A stretch of DNA of 64,000 bases from Acutalibacteraceae bacterium (GCA_045649125.1 JAZRPH010000042.1:48-64047), one strand, 5' to 3'. Positions 10,197 through 21,387 are shown, counted from the first letter of the stretch. The notes: generated from the letters alone by a model not told the origin. Translations and numbers: made by a program.

Positions 10197-11396
10197 TTAT
10201 TTAATTTTTCTTGCCTCGATATAAAAGCGTTTATCGTCGGCGTGGCCCATAGAAAAGGTTTTTCTGGGAAGTGAGCCGTCGGCTGCTACCGCCGTAAACA
10301 ACTCGCTTTTTTTCATACCGTCAAAAATAAAACCAAGCGCATTTTCCCCCGACGCTAATTTTTTAAGCGATTCAACACCGTGGATATAGTCAATCTCGAC
10401 TTGTGGATTGTGCTTTATATAATCATCCAAAAAAGTCTGCAGCGTACCCACCGCAAGTTCAGCGCTGGGGGCAACCGAAATCTCTGTTTCACAATCGCCA
10501 TAGCAAACTGTGAATTTTTGGGCGTTCTCACCATCATTATTACCGCAGAAATCAACAAACGCATCAATTACGCTTTCAGGCTCTACACCGAACAGTACGC
10601 GATAAATAGGCTCAAACTGTAATGCTGCATCGTGAATATTTACTATCTCAACCAAGGCATATCTTGAACTTTCGGTCTTGTTTTGGTTATAACACTCCTT
10701 TGCAGTAGCAAGTGAATGATTTCCGTCGCCCACACAAAAAAGAAATCCATCGTTTCTTTGCTTAATTGCATCAAGTGCGGACAAAACATGCTGCTGCGCA
10801 TTATCATCCAATCGGTAGCCCGTTATATGACCGCCACCGCACATCAGGTCAAAATCATAAACCTTTTGAAGTGCTTGTGTACCGCTTGCAAGCGGTGATA
10901 TTACAGTGTTTTCAGCATCATCAAACAGCAGCATCACATGCGGTAACTCAAGCGGAGCATTCTTCCGTATTTCAACGCGCGGCGGAATACGCGAAAGAAC
11001 CGTCTGCTCGGTAGCGCGGATTTCTGCCGAGGTGCCTGAACGATAGTCATAGCATTCAAGGTCGATTTTACCCACAATACCGCGGCGAACTGCACCGTCC
11101 GACTGGACACGCTCAACATAAATCATACTGTCAGCAAAAGTATCAAATATATCATCTTCAATATACTGCTTCATAGTAGTGTTGATGTTTTCTATGTATT
11201 TACTGTTATCTGCTGTAAGATAAACCTCAGGCAGTATTACATTAAGCGCCGATGGCTTATCTGCCGCCGTATTCTTAACTTTATCCCAATACTCAGGCTC
11301 AGATGTGTACTGGTCGCAGGCAATTGTCGCCCAGTTTTCAAAGTCTTTCTTAGGCAAAAGTATGTTTGCAGAAGAAAAAGAAATGTTTTTATCCAT
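10197..11396 (-). CDS. DUF1015-family protein (conserved, function unknown)
   Basis: 399 aa. The N-terminal pattern (ILLPKKDFENWATIACDQYTSEPEYW...LNVILPEVYL) matches what I recall for the clostridial DUF1015 family. No catalytic motif recognised. Confidence 0.55.
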   Translation of the reverse strand: MDKNISFSSANILLPKKDFENWATIACDQYTSEPEYWDKVKNTAADKPSALNVILPEVYLTADNSKYIENINTTMKQYIEDDIFDTFADSMIYVERVQSDGAVRRGIVGKIDLECYDYRSGTSAEIRATEQTVLSRIPPRVEIRKNAPLELPHVMLLFDDAENTVISPLASGTQALQKVYDFDLMCGGGHITGYRLDDNAQQHVLSALDAIKQRNDGFLFCVGDGNHSLATAKECYNQNKTESSRYALVEIVNIHDAALQFEPIYRVLFGVEPESVIDAFVDFCGNNDGENAQKFTVCYGDCETEISVAPSAELAVGTLQTFLDDYIKHNPQVEIDYIHGVESLKKLASGENALGFIFDGMKKSELFTAVAADGSLPRKTFSMGHADDKRFYIEARKIK

Positions 11397-11452
11397 AAAA
11401 TCACCCTTAGCGTGTAAATTACGGCCGCCTTGTAAGACGGCCGTGAAAATCT

Positions 11453-12181
11453 TTAGTAATATGAAAATTCTATTGAATTAACGCGGTCGTTTTGTGTATC
11501 TACATACACGGTAATACCGCTGCGCTTATCCTTTTCGGTTATAAAGTAGTCAAGATAATACTGTCCGTCATCAACACAATAAAAATGTGACGGTGAACCA
11601 AGATACTCAATTATATCGGTTATTGCAGATTCATTGCCGACACCGTTAACCCAGAACTGTCCATAGATGCTGTCCTGCACCTCAAAAACATTTTCGGGAA
11701 CGATAAATTTCACCAAAGCGCATTTTTTAAGTGAAACGGATGAATCTTTAGAATTGTAAAAGACCGCAACAATCTGCTTATCGTAAGGATTTATAAAATT
11801 AACCCTTAACGATTTTCCTGCAAGTATTTGGGAATCCTCATTATATTCGTCAGACTCAACCAGAGTCCAGCCCTGTTTAACCATATTTTTATATGTGGTT
11901 GGTACAGTAAGTTCGCTTCCCGCATAGGTTATTTTATATTCAAACTTCTTGCCAAGATATATGTCCGAATAGTTTTCTTCATCATAAAGGCTGATATCAA
12001 AATAATTAGGCATTATTTCGTCATCCGACTTTATTTCAGGTACCGCTACCGGCTCTTCACTTACTGTTTCCACGGTAGAATTCTGCGTTTCGGAAGCACC
12101 ATAATTTGGATCCACTTTATTACAGCCTACAATACATAGTGTCAGCAGTCCGCAAATAAATGTAATCAACATTCTTTTCAT
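11453..12181 (-). CDS. lipoprotein, function unknown
   Basis: MKRMLITFICGLLTLCIVGC lipobox. GGGAGG RBS before the ATG at 12181. Confidence 0.6.
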   Translation of the reverse strand: MKRMLITFICGLLTLCIVGCNKVDPNYGASETQNSTVETVSEEPVAVPEIKSDDEIMPNYFDISLYDEENYSDIYLGKKFEYKITYAGSELTVPTTYKNMVKQGWTLVESDEYNEDSQILAGKSLRVNFINPYDKQIVAVFYNSKDSSVSLKKCALVKFIVPENVFEVQDSIYGQFWVNGVGNESAITDIIEYLGSPSHFYCVDDGQYYLDYFITEKDKRSGITVYVDTQNDRVNSIEFSYY

Positions 12182-12273
12182 GCCGTGAATACCTCCCAAT
12201 AATTATTTCCATTTTAATTTTATTGTTTACTACAAAAAAAGTCAAGCACTCAGGTTGTATTTTTAACCTGTTA

Positions 12274-13116
12274 TTAGCCAAAGGCTTTCGCAATATCTGC
12301 GGATATTGCCCCCTTTAACTCTTGAAGTGAGGCAAAATGTTTTTCCTCACGCAAAAACGACACTAAATTGAGCGTCATTTCCTTTCCGTAAAGGTCGCCC
12401 GAAAAATCTTTTATATATGTTTCGCAACCTACATACGCGGTTTCAAAGGTAGGACGAATGCCGATATTTGTTACCGCATCATATTCTTTACCGTCGATGA
12501 TTACCCTGGAAGTATAGACACCGAATTTTGGCTTTACCATAACCTCAGGATATCTTTGATTTGCGGTAGGAAAGCCTATTTCCCTGCCGCGTCGATCACC
12601 ACGCTCGACAGGAGTGGTGAAAGAAAAACCTTTGTAAATCATCTTGTTCGCTGCGGAAACCTCTCCTGCGGTCACAAGCCGTCTCAAAGCCGTTGAGGAT
12701 ACAGGCACACCGCAGTATTCGACAGGCTGTGCTACCGCTAACCTAATTCCGTTTTCACCACAAAAGTTTGATAACATATCCACATCACCCTGAGCTGCTG
12801 TTCCAAAGCGATAATTAAAGCCGCAGGATATAAGCGCAGGATCATATTCATTTTTTATATATTCGAGAAACTTTTCGGCTGATACATTTTGTACATCCTC
12901 AAAATTCATCATAACTACACGGTTTACACCCAAATCATAAAGCCTTGCCTTTCGGTCATCAGGTGTCATAAGCAACTGTGCGTCACTGCCCATTGCTGTC
13001 TTTGGCGGAAGATTAAAGGTGAGTGCAACGCTTTTATAACCGTCAGCAGCAGCGATAACTGCGCGATGGCCGTCATGGATACCGTCAAATGTTCCTAAGA
13101 CTATTGCTGTTTTCAT
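12274..13116 (-). CDS. ribF: bifunctional riboflavin kinase / FAD synthetase
   Basis: VLGTFDGIHDGH nucleotidyltransferase motif and the C-terminal kinase motif GFPTAN. Follows truB as in most bacteria. Confidence 0.9.
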   Translation of the reverse strand: MKTAIVLGTFDGIHDGHRAVIAAADGYKSVALTFNLPPKTAMGSDAQLLMTPDDRKARLYDLGVNRVVMMNFEDVQNVSAEKFLEYIKNEYDPALISCGFNYRFGTAAQGDVDMLSNFCGENGIRLAVAQPVEYCGVPVSSTALRRLVTAGEVSAANKMIYKGFSFTTPVERGDRRGREIGFPTANQRYPEVMVKPKFGVYTSRVIIDGKEYDAVTNIGIRPTFETAYVGCETYIKDFSGDLYGKEMTLNLVSFLREEKHFASLQELKGAISADIAKAFG

Positions 13117-13139
13117 CTGCCCCACCTACTAATAGAATA

Positions 13140-14030
13140 TCAATTATAAGTTTGTATAATACAAGAAATATTCAGTTGATTATTATGAATATCCGCCCGA
13201 CCAATACCTAAAAATCTGTCGCCACAGTACACCCTGAAAAGTTGCCCGTCATAAACGCTTTCGGTCTTAAGTCGGTCAAGACTTAATTGTCCGCCGTTGG
13301 AAAAGCGTACCGCCTGTTTTTCGGTAACGGTAAGCTTTGTCATATATTGCACCGCACGGTCAGCAGGCAGAATATAGTCACCGATGTTTTCGGGTGTCAG
13401 ATTGTCTAAATCAACACACATATCAAGCGTAAATCCTGCGGTCTTTGTGCGGCAAAGAGCCGATAATGTAGCGCCCGTGCCCAAGGACTCACCGATATCA
13501 CGGCAGAGCGCTCGGATGTATGTACCCTTTGAAACGGTGGTTTCAATGTCGAATTCAAGATTATCATTTAGTCGGGATGTCTGATTTAAAGAGAAAACCT
13601 CAATCTCACGAACGGGGATTTGGGCAGTTTCACCACGGCGGGCAAGTTCGTAAAGACGGACACCGTTTTGCTTTATAGCGCTGTACATAGGCGGCACCTG
13701 TTGCTGTGGGCCGATAAACCCTTCAAGTATTCTTATTACATCATCATTATCGCAAGAAACTGATGACCTTGATATTATATTACCCGTAATATCACCCGTA
13801 TCGGTAACCGTTCCAAGCCTTATACAAGCGTTATAACTTTTATCGGCATTAAGCAGATATGATGAAAGGGTTGTAGCACGGCCTAAAAGAATTGGCAAAA
13901 CACCTGTTGCCATAGGGTCAAGTGTGCCTGTATGGCCTACCCGTTTTTCGCCGCTTAGCCGCTTTATTCTTGCCACCGCGCCAAACGAGGTTATGCCCGA
14001 AGGTTTATTTATCAGCAGCAACCCTAGCAT
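13140..14030 (-). CDS. truB: tRNA pseudouridine(55) synthase
   Basis: LLINKPSGITSF and GHTGTLDPMATGVLPI (catalytic Asp). GGAGG RBS before the ATG at 14030. Confidence 0.92.
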   Translation of the reverse strand: MLGLLLINKPSGITSFGAVARIKRLSGEKRVGHTGTLDPMATGVLPILLGRATTLSSYLLNADKSYNACIRLGTVTDTGDITGNIISRSSVSCDNDDVIRILEGFIGPQQQVPPMYSAIKQNGVRLYELARRGETAQIPVREIEVFSLNQTSRLNDNLEFDIETTVSKGTYIRALCRDIGESLGTGATLSALCRTKTAGFTLDMCVDLDNLTPENIGDYILPADRAVQYMTKLTVTEKQAVRFSNGGQLSLDRLKTESVYDGQLFRVYCGDRFLGIGRADIHNNQLNISCIIQTYN

Positions 14031-15009
14031 TTGTTTCCTCCATATTCGTGCGTATAGCCTCAAGCACTTTTGTCTTTACTTCATCAAGAGTGCCCGTAAG
14101 CGTAGCACCTGCCGCAGCCTTATGACCGCCGCCGCCGAGCATTTTACATATTCTTGACGCATCCAACGGTGCATATGTGCGCAGTGACAGTTTAAATGTA
14201 TCACTGCCTGTCTGTTTAATGGTAACACCTGCCAGTACACCTTCAACCGTTCTGGAAATTATGCTTATTCCTTCAAGGTCAGGACCGCAGCAACCGGTTT
14301 TTTCCTGCATAGCGGCAGTCACCGTCAGAATAATACACTTATCGTCAAAGTGATATTCCGCGGTATCAAGCACCATTCTTTCAAGTGTGAGCATATTCTT
14401 TGATTTTGTATCAAACATCAATTTATTAATGCTGCCGGCGTCTATATCATATTTGTGAAGAGCCGCCGCTATCAAATGAGTTCTTGATGTCACATTTGAA
14501 TATTTAAAGCAACCTGTATCGGTAGCAAGTCCTGTGTACAGCGCCTTTGCTGTTACACCGTCAATCTCAACACCCAAAACGCAAAGCAACTCATAAATTA
14601 TTTCACAGGTCGCAGCCGCATCAGCGTCAAGATAAAGATGATTTGAAAAACGAACATTTGAAATATGATGGTCAATATTAAGGTCGACCATATCGCCAAA
14701 CTCATCTGCCAGAGAACCAAGCAGCCGTTTGTCTGCGACATCGACTGCAACCACTGTGGCGCCCTCACGCATTACATGATCGGTTTCGTGAGCAAAATAT
14801 GAGTATTTACTGGGAATTAAATCAGGACAGATTACGGCCGCTGTTTTGCCTAACTGCTTTAATCCGAAATAAAGCGCATAGGCCGAGCCTAATGTATCGC
14901 CGTCGGGCGAAGCGTGGGTAAGAATTATAAAATTGTTGTGCTTTTTAAGAAATTTAGCCGTTTGCTTAAGTGATATTTCACGGCAAATTTTATCATCCTT
15001 GTTTGTCAA
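14005..15009 (-). CDS. nrnA: DHH-family phosphoesterase (NrnA-type oligoribonuclease / pAp phosphatase)
   Basis: HASPDGDTLGS, NIDHH and the DHHA1 motif GGGGHKAAAG. Conserved position between rbfA and truB. Confidence 0.8.
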   Translation of the reverse strand: MTNKDDKICREISLKQTAKFLKKHNNFIILTHASPDGDTLGSAYALYFGLKQLGKTAAVICPDLIPSKYSYFAHETDHVMREGATVVAVDVADKRLLGSLADEFGDMVDLNIDHHISNVRFSNHLYLDADAAATCEIIYELLCVLGVEIDGVTAKALYTGLATDTGCFKYSNVTSRTHLIAAALHKYDIDAGSINKLMFDTKSKNMLTLERMVLDTAEYHFDDKCIILTVTAAMQEKTGCCGPDLEGISIISRTVEGVLAGVTIKQTGSDTFKLSLRTYAPLDASRICKMLGGGGHKAAAGATLTGTLDEVKTKVLEAIRTNMEETNARVAADK

Positions 15010-15035
15010 ATCGCCACCCCTTTCGTGACTGACAT

Positions 15036-15389
15036 TTAATCCTTTTCTTTTTCAAAAGAGTCAATTATTTTTGAAATGTGTGCGCTGTTTTCGATAGAAT
15101 TATCGGCTACAAAGCGAATTTCTGGCACCTTGCGCAGTTTCATACGCATACCTAGTTCACGCCTTAAGAATCCTGAGGCACTTTTGTTAAGTGCCTTCAC
15201 CGATTCTTCAGTAGCAGCCGAGCCCTCAATAGCGCTCACATATACAGTAGCATAGGACATATCACCCGAAACATCGAGCTTTACCACGCTGAGCAGTTTA
15301 CTTACTCTGGGGTCCTTAACCTCACGCAAAAGTTCAGACATACAAAGCTTTATGTCGGATGTTATGCGGTTTATTTTATATCCTGCCAT
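15036..15389 (-). CDS. rbfA: ribosome-binding factor A
   Basis: 117 aa immediately after infB, with typical RbfA length and pattern (RVSKLLSVVKLDVSGDMSYATVYVS). Confidence 0.88.
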   Translation of the reverse strand: MAGYKINRITSDIKLCMSELLREVKDPRVSKLLSVVKLDVSGDMSYATVYVSAIEGSAATEESVKALNKSASGFLRRELGMRMKLRKVPEIRFVADNSIENSAHISKIIDSFEKEKD

Positions 15390-17900
15390 TTAATCTCTGT
15401 ACTCCTCCATAATAAAGGCTTCAAATACGTCGCCTTCCTTAATATCGGCAAACTTTTCAAGGCCGATACCGCATTCGTAACCCTGTGCCACTTCCTTAAC
15501 ATCGTCCTTAAAACGACGCAGTGACTTAATGCTGTCTTCGCAGATAACGATACCGTCACGGACAACACGGATTTGACAAGCACGGGTTACCTTACCGTTT
15601 GTAACGTGGCAGCCCGCAATGGTTCCGACACTTGAAATCTTATATGTGTCGCGCACCTCAACCGTTCCAAGTATATTTTCACGGAATTTAGGCGCCAACA
15701 TACCCTTCATAGCAGCCTCAATTTCCTCGATACAGTCGTAAATTACACGATAGGTGCGTATATCTACACCGTCACGCTCGGCAGTAGCCTTAGCAACGCT
15801 GTCGGGACGGACATTAAAGCCAACTACAATAGCGCCTGATGCCTGAGCCAACATTACATCTGATTCGTTTATAGCACCAACACCGCCGTGGATAACGCTT
15901 ACCCTTACTTCCTCATTTGAAAGTTTAACAAGACTATCCTTTACAGCCTCAACACTACCCTGAACATCGGCCTTAACGATGATATTAAGTTCCTTAAGGT
16001 CACCCTCACTCAACTGGCTGAACAGGTTATCAAGTGTAACCTTTTCCTTAGCGTTGAATATATCATTCTTAATCTTTTCCTTGCGCTGTTCAACAAGCTC
16101 ACGGGCAAGTCTTTCATCAGAAACGGCGTCAAATCCGTCACCTGCATCGGGGGTTTCTGCAAGACCGGTAATTTCAACCGGAACGGAGGGACCTGCACTC
16201 TTTACAACCTTGCCGTTTTCGTCGGTCATAAGTCTTACACGGCCGACAGATGTTCCCGCTACAATAATATCACCCGTTTTAAGTGTACCGTTTTGCACAA
16301 GAAGTGTTGCAACAGGACCGCGGCCCTTGTCAAGACGGGCTTCGATAACGACACCCTTTGCACGACGGTCGGGGTTAGCCTTAAGTTCAAGCATTTCGGC
16401 TACAAGCAGAACATTTTCAAGCAGTTTATCAATGCCGTTATGTGTCTTTGCCGACACGGGTACGCAGATAATATCACCGCCCCATTCTTCAGGAACGAGA
16501 GAGTGTTCTGTAAGCTGTTGCAGGATTCGGTCGGGATTTGCCTCGGGTTTATCCATTTTATTAATTGCTACAATTATCTGTACCTTTGCGGCTTTTGCGT
16601 GGTTTATCGCCTCAATGGTCTGAGGCATAATACCGTCATCGGCAGCAACCACAAGAATTGCAATATCGGTAGCCATAGCGCCGCGCTGACGCATAGAGGT
16701 AAATGCAGCGTGTCCCGGTGTATCAAGGAATGTAATATCCTGTCCCTGACACTTAACGCGGTATGCGCCGATGTGCTGGGTGATGCCGCCTGCCTCAGTA
16801 TCGGTAACGGCGGTGTCACGGATAGCATCAAGAAGGGATGTTTTACCGTGGTCAACGTGGCCCATAACAACAACAACGGGGCTGCGGGGCTTTAGATCCT
16901 CGGCTGCATCTTCCGTTACATCCATAATCTTTTCCTCAATAGTGACAACAACCTGACGCTCAATCTTAGCGCCCATTTCGCTTACAACGATTTCAGCAGT
17001 ATCGTAGTCGATTACCTGATTTACGGTTGCCATCATACCGAGTTTAAGCAGCACCTTAATAACCTCTGACGCGGTCTTTTTAAGACCTGCGGCAAGTTCA
17101 CCTACGGTGATTTCGTCACCAACGGTTACGGTTACAGGTGTTTTCTTTATGCGCTCAAGCTGCATACGGCGCAACTTATCAGCCTCAGTCTCACGCTTGC
17201 TTCCCTGAGGACGACGGTAATCCTGAGATTTCTGTTTAATCTTCTGCTTACGCGAGAAGTTGTCGCGCATAGAGTTTGCAGGTGCAATGTTTTCGTACTT
17301 TTCGTTATATTTATCAATATTAACGTTTGAAGTGCGGGTGTCTACATGGCGCAACTGTGCAGGGCCGCGGTTGGGTGCCACACCAGGTTTCTTTTCCTTT
17401 TTGGGCGGTGCAACAAGCGGACCGTCATAAGCCTTGCTCTCTTTCTTAGGCTCTTCCTTTTTAGGTTCAGCCTTTTTGGCAGCGGGCTTTTTAGGTTCTT
17501 CTTTTTTAACCTCTTTTTTAGGTTCTGCCTTTTTTACTTCCTTCTTTGCAGGCTCAGTCTTTTCTTCTGCTTTGGGCGCAGTTTCGCCTGCAGCTGCAGC
17601 GGCGGCTGCCTTCAACTGTTCAAGGATAGCCATCTGCTCGGCAAGTTTTTTATCCTTTTCGTCCTGACGCTTTTTAGCGGCGGCAGCGCGTACTTCCGCA
17701 CCGGTAGCAAAGTATTCGTCAAAGCTTTTTACTGCATTCTTCTTACTGAGCGCATCAAATACTATTGCAATCTCACTGTCACTAAGTGCCGTGCCTGATT
17801 TCTTTTCTTCACCGGTAAGGCTTAAAATTAAAGCAATAATATCCTTAGATGTCATATTGAAATCTTTAGCCAAATCACTTACTTTATGTTTAATTATCAT
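15390..17900 (-). CDS. infB: translation initiation factor IF-2
   Basis: G domain motifs [25 protein letters not shown] and NKMD, plus a Lys/Glu/Pro/Ala-rich N-terminal linker. GGGAGG RBS before the ATG at 17900. Confidence 0.95.
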   Translation of the reverse strand: MIIKHKVSDLAKDFNMTSKDIIALILSLTGEEKKSGTALSDSEIAIVFDALSKKNAVKSFDEYFATGAEVRAAAAKKRQDEKDKKLAEQMAILEQLKAAAAAAAGETAPKAEEKTEPAKKEVKKAEPKKEVKKEEPKKPAAKKAEPKKEEPKKESKAYDGPLVAPPKKEKKPGVAPNRGPAQLRHVDTRTSNVNIDKYNEKYENIAPANSMRDNFSRKQKIKQKSQDYRRPQGSKRETEADKLRRMQLERIKKTPVTVTVGDEITVGELAAGLKKTASEVIKVLLKLGMMATVNQVIDYDTAEIVVSEMGAKIERQVVVTIEEKIMDVTEDAAEDLKPRSPVVVVMGHVDHGKTSLLDAIRDTAVTDTEAGGITQHIGAYRVKCQGQDITFLDTPGHAAFTSMRQRGAMATDIAILVVAADDGIMPQTIEAINHAKAAKVQIIVAINKMDKPEANPDRILQQLTEHSLVPEEWGGDIICVPVSAKTHNGIDKLLENVLLVAEMLELKANPDRRAKGVVIEARLDKGRGPVATLLVQNGTLKTGDIIVAGTSVGRVRLMTDENGKVVKSAGPSVPVEITGLAETPDAGDGFDAVSDERLARELVEQRKEKIKNDIFNAKEKVTLDNLFSQLSEGDLKELNIIVKADVQGSVEAVKDSLVKLSNEEVRVSVIHGGVGAINESDVMLAQASGAIVVGFNVRPDSVAKATAERDGVDIRTYRVIYDCIEEIEAAMKGMLAPKFRENILGTVEVRDTYKISSVGTIAGCHVTNGKVTRACQIRVVRDGIVICEDSIKSLRRFKDDVKEVAQGYECGIGLEKFADIKEGDVFEAFIMEEYRD

Positions 17901-18216
17901 TAATTTTCCTCCCTGCTTCAAGTTCTGATGTTAAGGCGTTCGAAAACGAACTGTCATTCACCGATAAAATACCGCATTTTCTTCCCACTGCGTGAGATAC
18001 GGTTTCCATATTGTAATCCCTTAAAACATTCACCGTCACGTTTTGTTTTTTAGCAAAAAACAAGACTTCCTTTTGACTTTTAGGTGATATGTCATTTGCC
18101 ATCAGTACCAATTTACTTTTTTTCTGCAAAAGGGCAGTTTTTACGGCGTCCATGCCGTACGAAAGTTTACCTGCCTTTGCCGCAAAACCCAACAAGGTTA
18201 ATTCCTTATTGTTCAA
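17890..18216 (-). CDS. ylxQ: L7Ae/L30e-family RNA-binding protein YlxQ
   Basis: 108 aa with [13 protein letters not shown]. Canonical position between ylxR and infB. Overlaps both neighbours. Confidence 0.8.
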   Translation of the reverse strand: MNNKELTLLGFAAKAGKLSYGMDAVKTALLQKKSKLVLMANDISPKSQKEVLFFAKKQNVTVNVLRDYNMETVSHAVGRKCGILSVNDSSFSNALTSELEAGRKINDN

Positions 18217-18479
18217 AGGGCGTCACGCTCCTTCGAAAGCTTAGAATATATTTCCTTTTTTATCGGCATCTTAAAGTTGTGCGATAAAGCGTTTGTCTTT
18301 TCCGCCTTTTCAAGACAGTCACCGCACTTACAAATATATGCGCCGCGACCTGCAAGTTTATTAGTTTTATCAATAAGAATTTCGTCTGTCGGAGTTTTTA
18401 CTATTCTTACAAGTTCCTGTTTGGGTTTCATTTCGCGACAGCCGATACACATTCTAAGCGGTACCTTTTTTGCTGACAA
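18213..18479 (-). CDS. ylxR: YlxR/RnpM (DUF448) RNA-binding protein
   Basis: PLRMCIGCREMKPKQELVRIV and GRGAYIC motifs. Follows nusA. Confidence 0.85.
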   Translation of the reverse strand: MSAKKVPLRMCIGCREMKPKQELVRIVKTPTDEILIDKTNKLAGRGAYICKCGDCLEKAEKTNALSHNFKMPIKKEIYSKLSKERDAL

Positions 18480-18517
18480 TGGTAACTCCCCTTTTTATGT
18501 TTTATCAATAATTTATA

Positions 18518-19603
18518 CTATTCGCCGAAAAATCCGCTTTCGGGGTGAATATCTATCTTCCAACCCGTAAGTTTTGCCGCAAGGCGAACATTCTGGCCTT
18601 TATTTCCTATCGCAAGGGATAACTGTGATTCCGGTACGCTTGCCTTACAAATCTTAGGCTCGGTGCTTTGAATTTCAACCGAAACCACCTTAGCGGGTGA
18701 CAGCGCCTCGCTTACAAATTCTGCAGGGTCCTCGCTGTACTTAACGATATCAATCTTTTCGCCTGCAAGTTCTTCAACAATCTTGTTTACACGTGCGCCG
18801 CGCGGACCGATACAAGCGCCGATTGCATCAATTTCACTGTCGGCAGACCAAACGGCTATCTTAGTTCTGGCACCTGCCTGTCGGGAAATGGATTTAATTT
18901 CAATAGTACCGTCAAATATTTCGGGTACCTCGGTTTCAAACAGGCGCTTAACAAGGCCTGGGTGTGTACGTGAAAGCATTATACGGGGACCGCGTTCGGT
19001 CTCCTTAACATCGACAACATAAACCTTGATGTGATCGCCCTCATGCAGTTCCTCTTCAGGTACCTGCTCAAGCTTAGGCAGTGTTGCCTCATTATGTCCG
19101 ATTGTAAGTATAGCGTTTCCGGTTTTAGGATCAATACGTTCAACAACTGCTGTAACAAGTTCTCTTGTCTTGCTTTGGAATTCTGCAAGTACCTGTCCCT
19201 TTTCTGCCTCTCTTACACCCTGACGGAAGTTGTTTTTAGAATTCTGTGCCACAACTCTGCCAAACTTTTTGGGATCAAGTTTAATATCAACAAAACCGTT
19301 TTCAACCGATTTAGGATCAATCGCTGCCGCATCCTCACGAGAAATCTGTGTGAAGGGGTTTTCTACCGTTTCAACGATTTCCTTACGTGCTACAACCCTG
19401 AATATTTCATTTTCAACATCAATCACACAGTTTACGATGTCGTTTCCGCCGTAGTCCTTTCTTGCGGCTACGGTTATTGCCTCAGATATCTTTTCGGCAA
19501 TAAATTCGCAAGGGATACCCCTGTCTGTTTCCATCATACGAAGCGCTTCAAAAAACTCTTTGTTATCCTTTTTTTCCTTTGCTGTCATTTTTGCTTTAGC
19601 CAT
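18518..19603 (-). CDS. nusA: transcription termination/antitermination factor NusA
   Basis: S1 and two KH domains: [66 protein letters not shown] before the ATG at 19603. Confidence 0.95.
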   Translation of the reverse strand: MAKAKMTAKEKKDNKEFFEALRMMETDRGIPCEFIAEKISEAITVAARKDYGGNDIVNCVIDVENEIFRVVARKEIVETVENPFTQISREDAAAIDPKSVENGFVDIKLDPKKFGRVVAQNSKNNFRQGVREAEKGQVLAEFQSKTRELVTAVVERIDPKTGNAILTIGHNEATLPKLEQVPEEELHEGDHIKVYVVDVKETERGPRIMLSRTHPGLVKRLFETEVPEIFDGTIEIKSISRQAGARTKIAVWSADSEIDAIGACIGPRGARVNKIVEELAGEKIDIVKYSEDPAEFVSEALSPAKVVSVEIQSTEPKICKASVPESQLSLAIGNKGQNVRLAAKLTGWKIDIHPESGFFGE

Positions 19604-19650
19604 TTTTCCAAATACCTCCAATAAAGGATTGCCCTTTATATAATTATTAT

Positions 19651-20100
19651 TTAAATATCAGCCAAGGTAACCTTGGCATAACTTCCCTTTTCAAATACGG
19701 TTTCCATACCGTCCGCTTCAAGTGTTATGCTGCCGTCATAAGCTTTAAGCACACCCGAAAACTGCTTTTTACCGTCGATAGCCTTAAAGGTTTTTACATT
19801 AACCGCCTTGCCAAGCATTAAAGTGAAATGTTCGGGACGGGTAAGTTCACGCTCAAGACCCGGTGAACACACCTCAAGAAAATAAGAAACATCAATGGGG
19901 TCTGCCGCATCAATAATCGGATCTACCGCGTGGGAAACATTCGTGCAGTCATTTATATCTACACCGTCGGGCTTGTCAATAAAAATACGAAGATAATGGG
20001 AAGCACCCTCTTTTACAAAGCGAACATCCCAAAGGGTAACGCCGGTGTTCTCAACCGTTTCTTTAACAAGACCAAATACCTTTTCGGCAACGCTTGCCAT
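19651..20100 (-). CDS. rimP: ribosome maturation factor RimP
   Basis: VTLWDVRFVKEGASHYLRIFIDK. First gene of the nusA operon. Start placed at the ATG at 20100 (MASVAEK), with a GAAAGG RBS 10 nt upstream. Confidence 0.88.
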   Translation of the reverse strand: MASVAEKVFGLVKETVENTGVTLWDVRFVKEGASHYLRIFIDKPDGVDINDCTNVSHAVDPIIDAADPIDVSYFLEVCSPGLERELTRPEHFTLMLGKAVNVKTFKAIDGKKQFSGVLKAYDGSITLEADGMETVFEKGSYAKVTLADI

Positions 20101-20116
20101 ACACGCACAACCTTTC

Positions 20117-20147
20117 AAAATAAAAGTGAGCGGGTTGCCCCACTCAC
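20117..20147 (-). terminator. intrinsic-terminator-like hairpin inside the rimP-nusA leader (candidate attenuator)
   Basis: Minus strand reads GTGAGTGGG-GCAA-CCCGCTCAC followed by TTTTATTTT. It ends about 5 nt before the rimP RBS and lies downstream of the predicted promoter. Confidence 0.6.
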
Positions 20148-20171
20148 CTTTCGTAGTTTATTACAATAAGT

Positions 20172-20199
20172 ATTATATCACAAAACAAAAGAAAATCAA
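20172..20199 (-). promoter_or_regulatory. sigma-A-type promoter of the rimP-nusA-infB operon
   Basis: Minus strand reads TTGATT, a 16-nt spacer, then TGaTATAAT (extended -10). Confidence 0.55.
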
Positions 20200-20308
20200 G
20201 TATTTTATTAAAAGTTTTATTGATTTATCCTTTTCCGACAATGAGAAGCAAAGTAATATATTTTCCGAAGTGCTACTCCTTTCTTTGCTTAAGTGCTATT
20301 GTTTGACT

Positions 20309-21184
20309 TTACTCTAAAGGAATTATCGTATTTAAGCCTGATTTACCACCCGATTCGTCGGTCATCGTGTATGAGCAAATAACACAAACTTTGTTGTCGT
20401 GCAAATTAATGGTAATCGTACCAACTTCTATGTTTTTATCACCTAATGTCTCGTTGATTTTTTTATCAATAAAATCTTTGCTAAAGCCCAAATTTTTGCC
20501 CGCAAAAGTGCTTGTAGTATTATTAAAATAGACTATTGAACCGTCAAAACCAATTTTTATCCTAAAAGCATCAGATGTTGCATATCCACCAATGTACCTT
20601 ACATACCAAAATACATATCCTTCTTCTGATTCTTCATATACATCAACAGTATACTCATCAATATTACATTCTTTAGAAACATACGTCCTTGCTATTTCAT
20701 AGGCCGTTGATATATCAATGCTATTGTTTGTTTTTTCTGTAACAGCAGAATCTATTTTTACAACTGCCAATTCTCCTGTATTAATATCATACTTGAATTC
20801 ATCGCCTAGATTGTTTTTATAAATTACTTTATCGGCATTAGTTGTAGCATTAAGTTCTGAAAAAGTAATATCGAAAGTTTTATCTTGTAATACCTCCTGT
20901 TTATTATATCTAAAGTCCACAGCTGTATCAATATGTTTTGATATTTCAGTCTTGACCGCTTTATCCTCTGCGGATAAAGATTCTGACTCAGGCAATTTTT
21001 CTATCGTTAAAATCTGTTCATCAGCTTCAGTCTTGTGTGTTTCTTCTTCAACTACTTGCTCTATAACATAACTACTTTCATCGACTGATTCGGTTTTTTT
21101 ACAGCCCGTAAGTAAAACAACTAAGGTCAAAGCACAAATTAAAACTAAAACAATATATTTCTTCAAAAACTCGCCCTCTTTCAA
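20309..21184 (-). CDS. lipoprotein, paralog A (two PepSY-like alpha/beta repeats suspected)
   Basis: Lipobox LLTGC. Residues 48-110 are almost identical to the neighbouring paralog and the rest is diverged. Confidence 0.6.
   Translation of the reverse strand: MKEGEFLKKYIVLVLICALTLVVLLTGCKKTESVDESSYVIEQVVEEETHKTEADEQILTIEKLPESESLSAEDKAVKTEISKHIDTAVDFRYNKQEVLQDKTFDITFSELNATTNADKVIYKNNLGDEFKYDINTGELAVVKIDSAVTEKTNNSIDISTAYEIARTYVSKECNIDEYTVDVYEESEEGYVFWYVRYIGGYATSDAFRIKIGFDGSIVYFNNTTSTFAGKNLGFSKDFIDKKINETLGDKNIEVGTITINLHDNKVCVICSYTMTDESGGKSGLNTIIPLE
20855..21043. repeat. 189-bp near-identical cassette, copy 1
   Basis: Only about 3-4 mismatches seen by eye against 21913..22101. Encodes ETHKTEADEQ(I/L)..DITFSE. 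Confidence 0.85.
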
Positions 21185-21387
21185 TGCTAAATGCTGTTGT
21201 TTGAAATTAATTTAATTCAAATACAACATACTCTGATATAGTATTAGGATTGTCCTCTATTGAAACATCTACCAAGCAATAATTTTTGCTTCCTCAAATG
21301 CATCTTGATATTGTTTATCTTCATCAAGTTCTTCTAAAACCCTAAAACTGTCTATTAACCCAACGGGTGATTAGCGTTATTAACCTT

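Noticed and set aside
15979-16623. 214-aa plus-strand ORF (and neighbours 16293..16895 and 17346..17798) inside infB.
   Set aside because: It is antisense to a gene with unambiguous IF-2 motifs. The translation is low-complexity (Ser/Leu/Pro/Arg-rich), has no RBS, and is typical of shadow ORFs opposite codon-biased genes.
19031-19624. 197-aa ORF antisense to nusA.
   Set aside because: It is a shadow ORF. nusA on the minus strand has complete S1/KH motifs, and the antisense product is Cys/Phe/Leu-rich with no recognisable fold.
21185-21387. Roughly 33-codon open frame ending ..LEELDEDKQYQDAFEEAKIIAW between the two lipoprotein genes.
   Set aside because: It has no start codon or RBS and is too short to assign. 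It may be a gene relic, but that cannot be supported from sequence alone.
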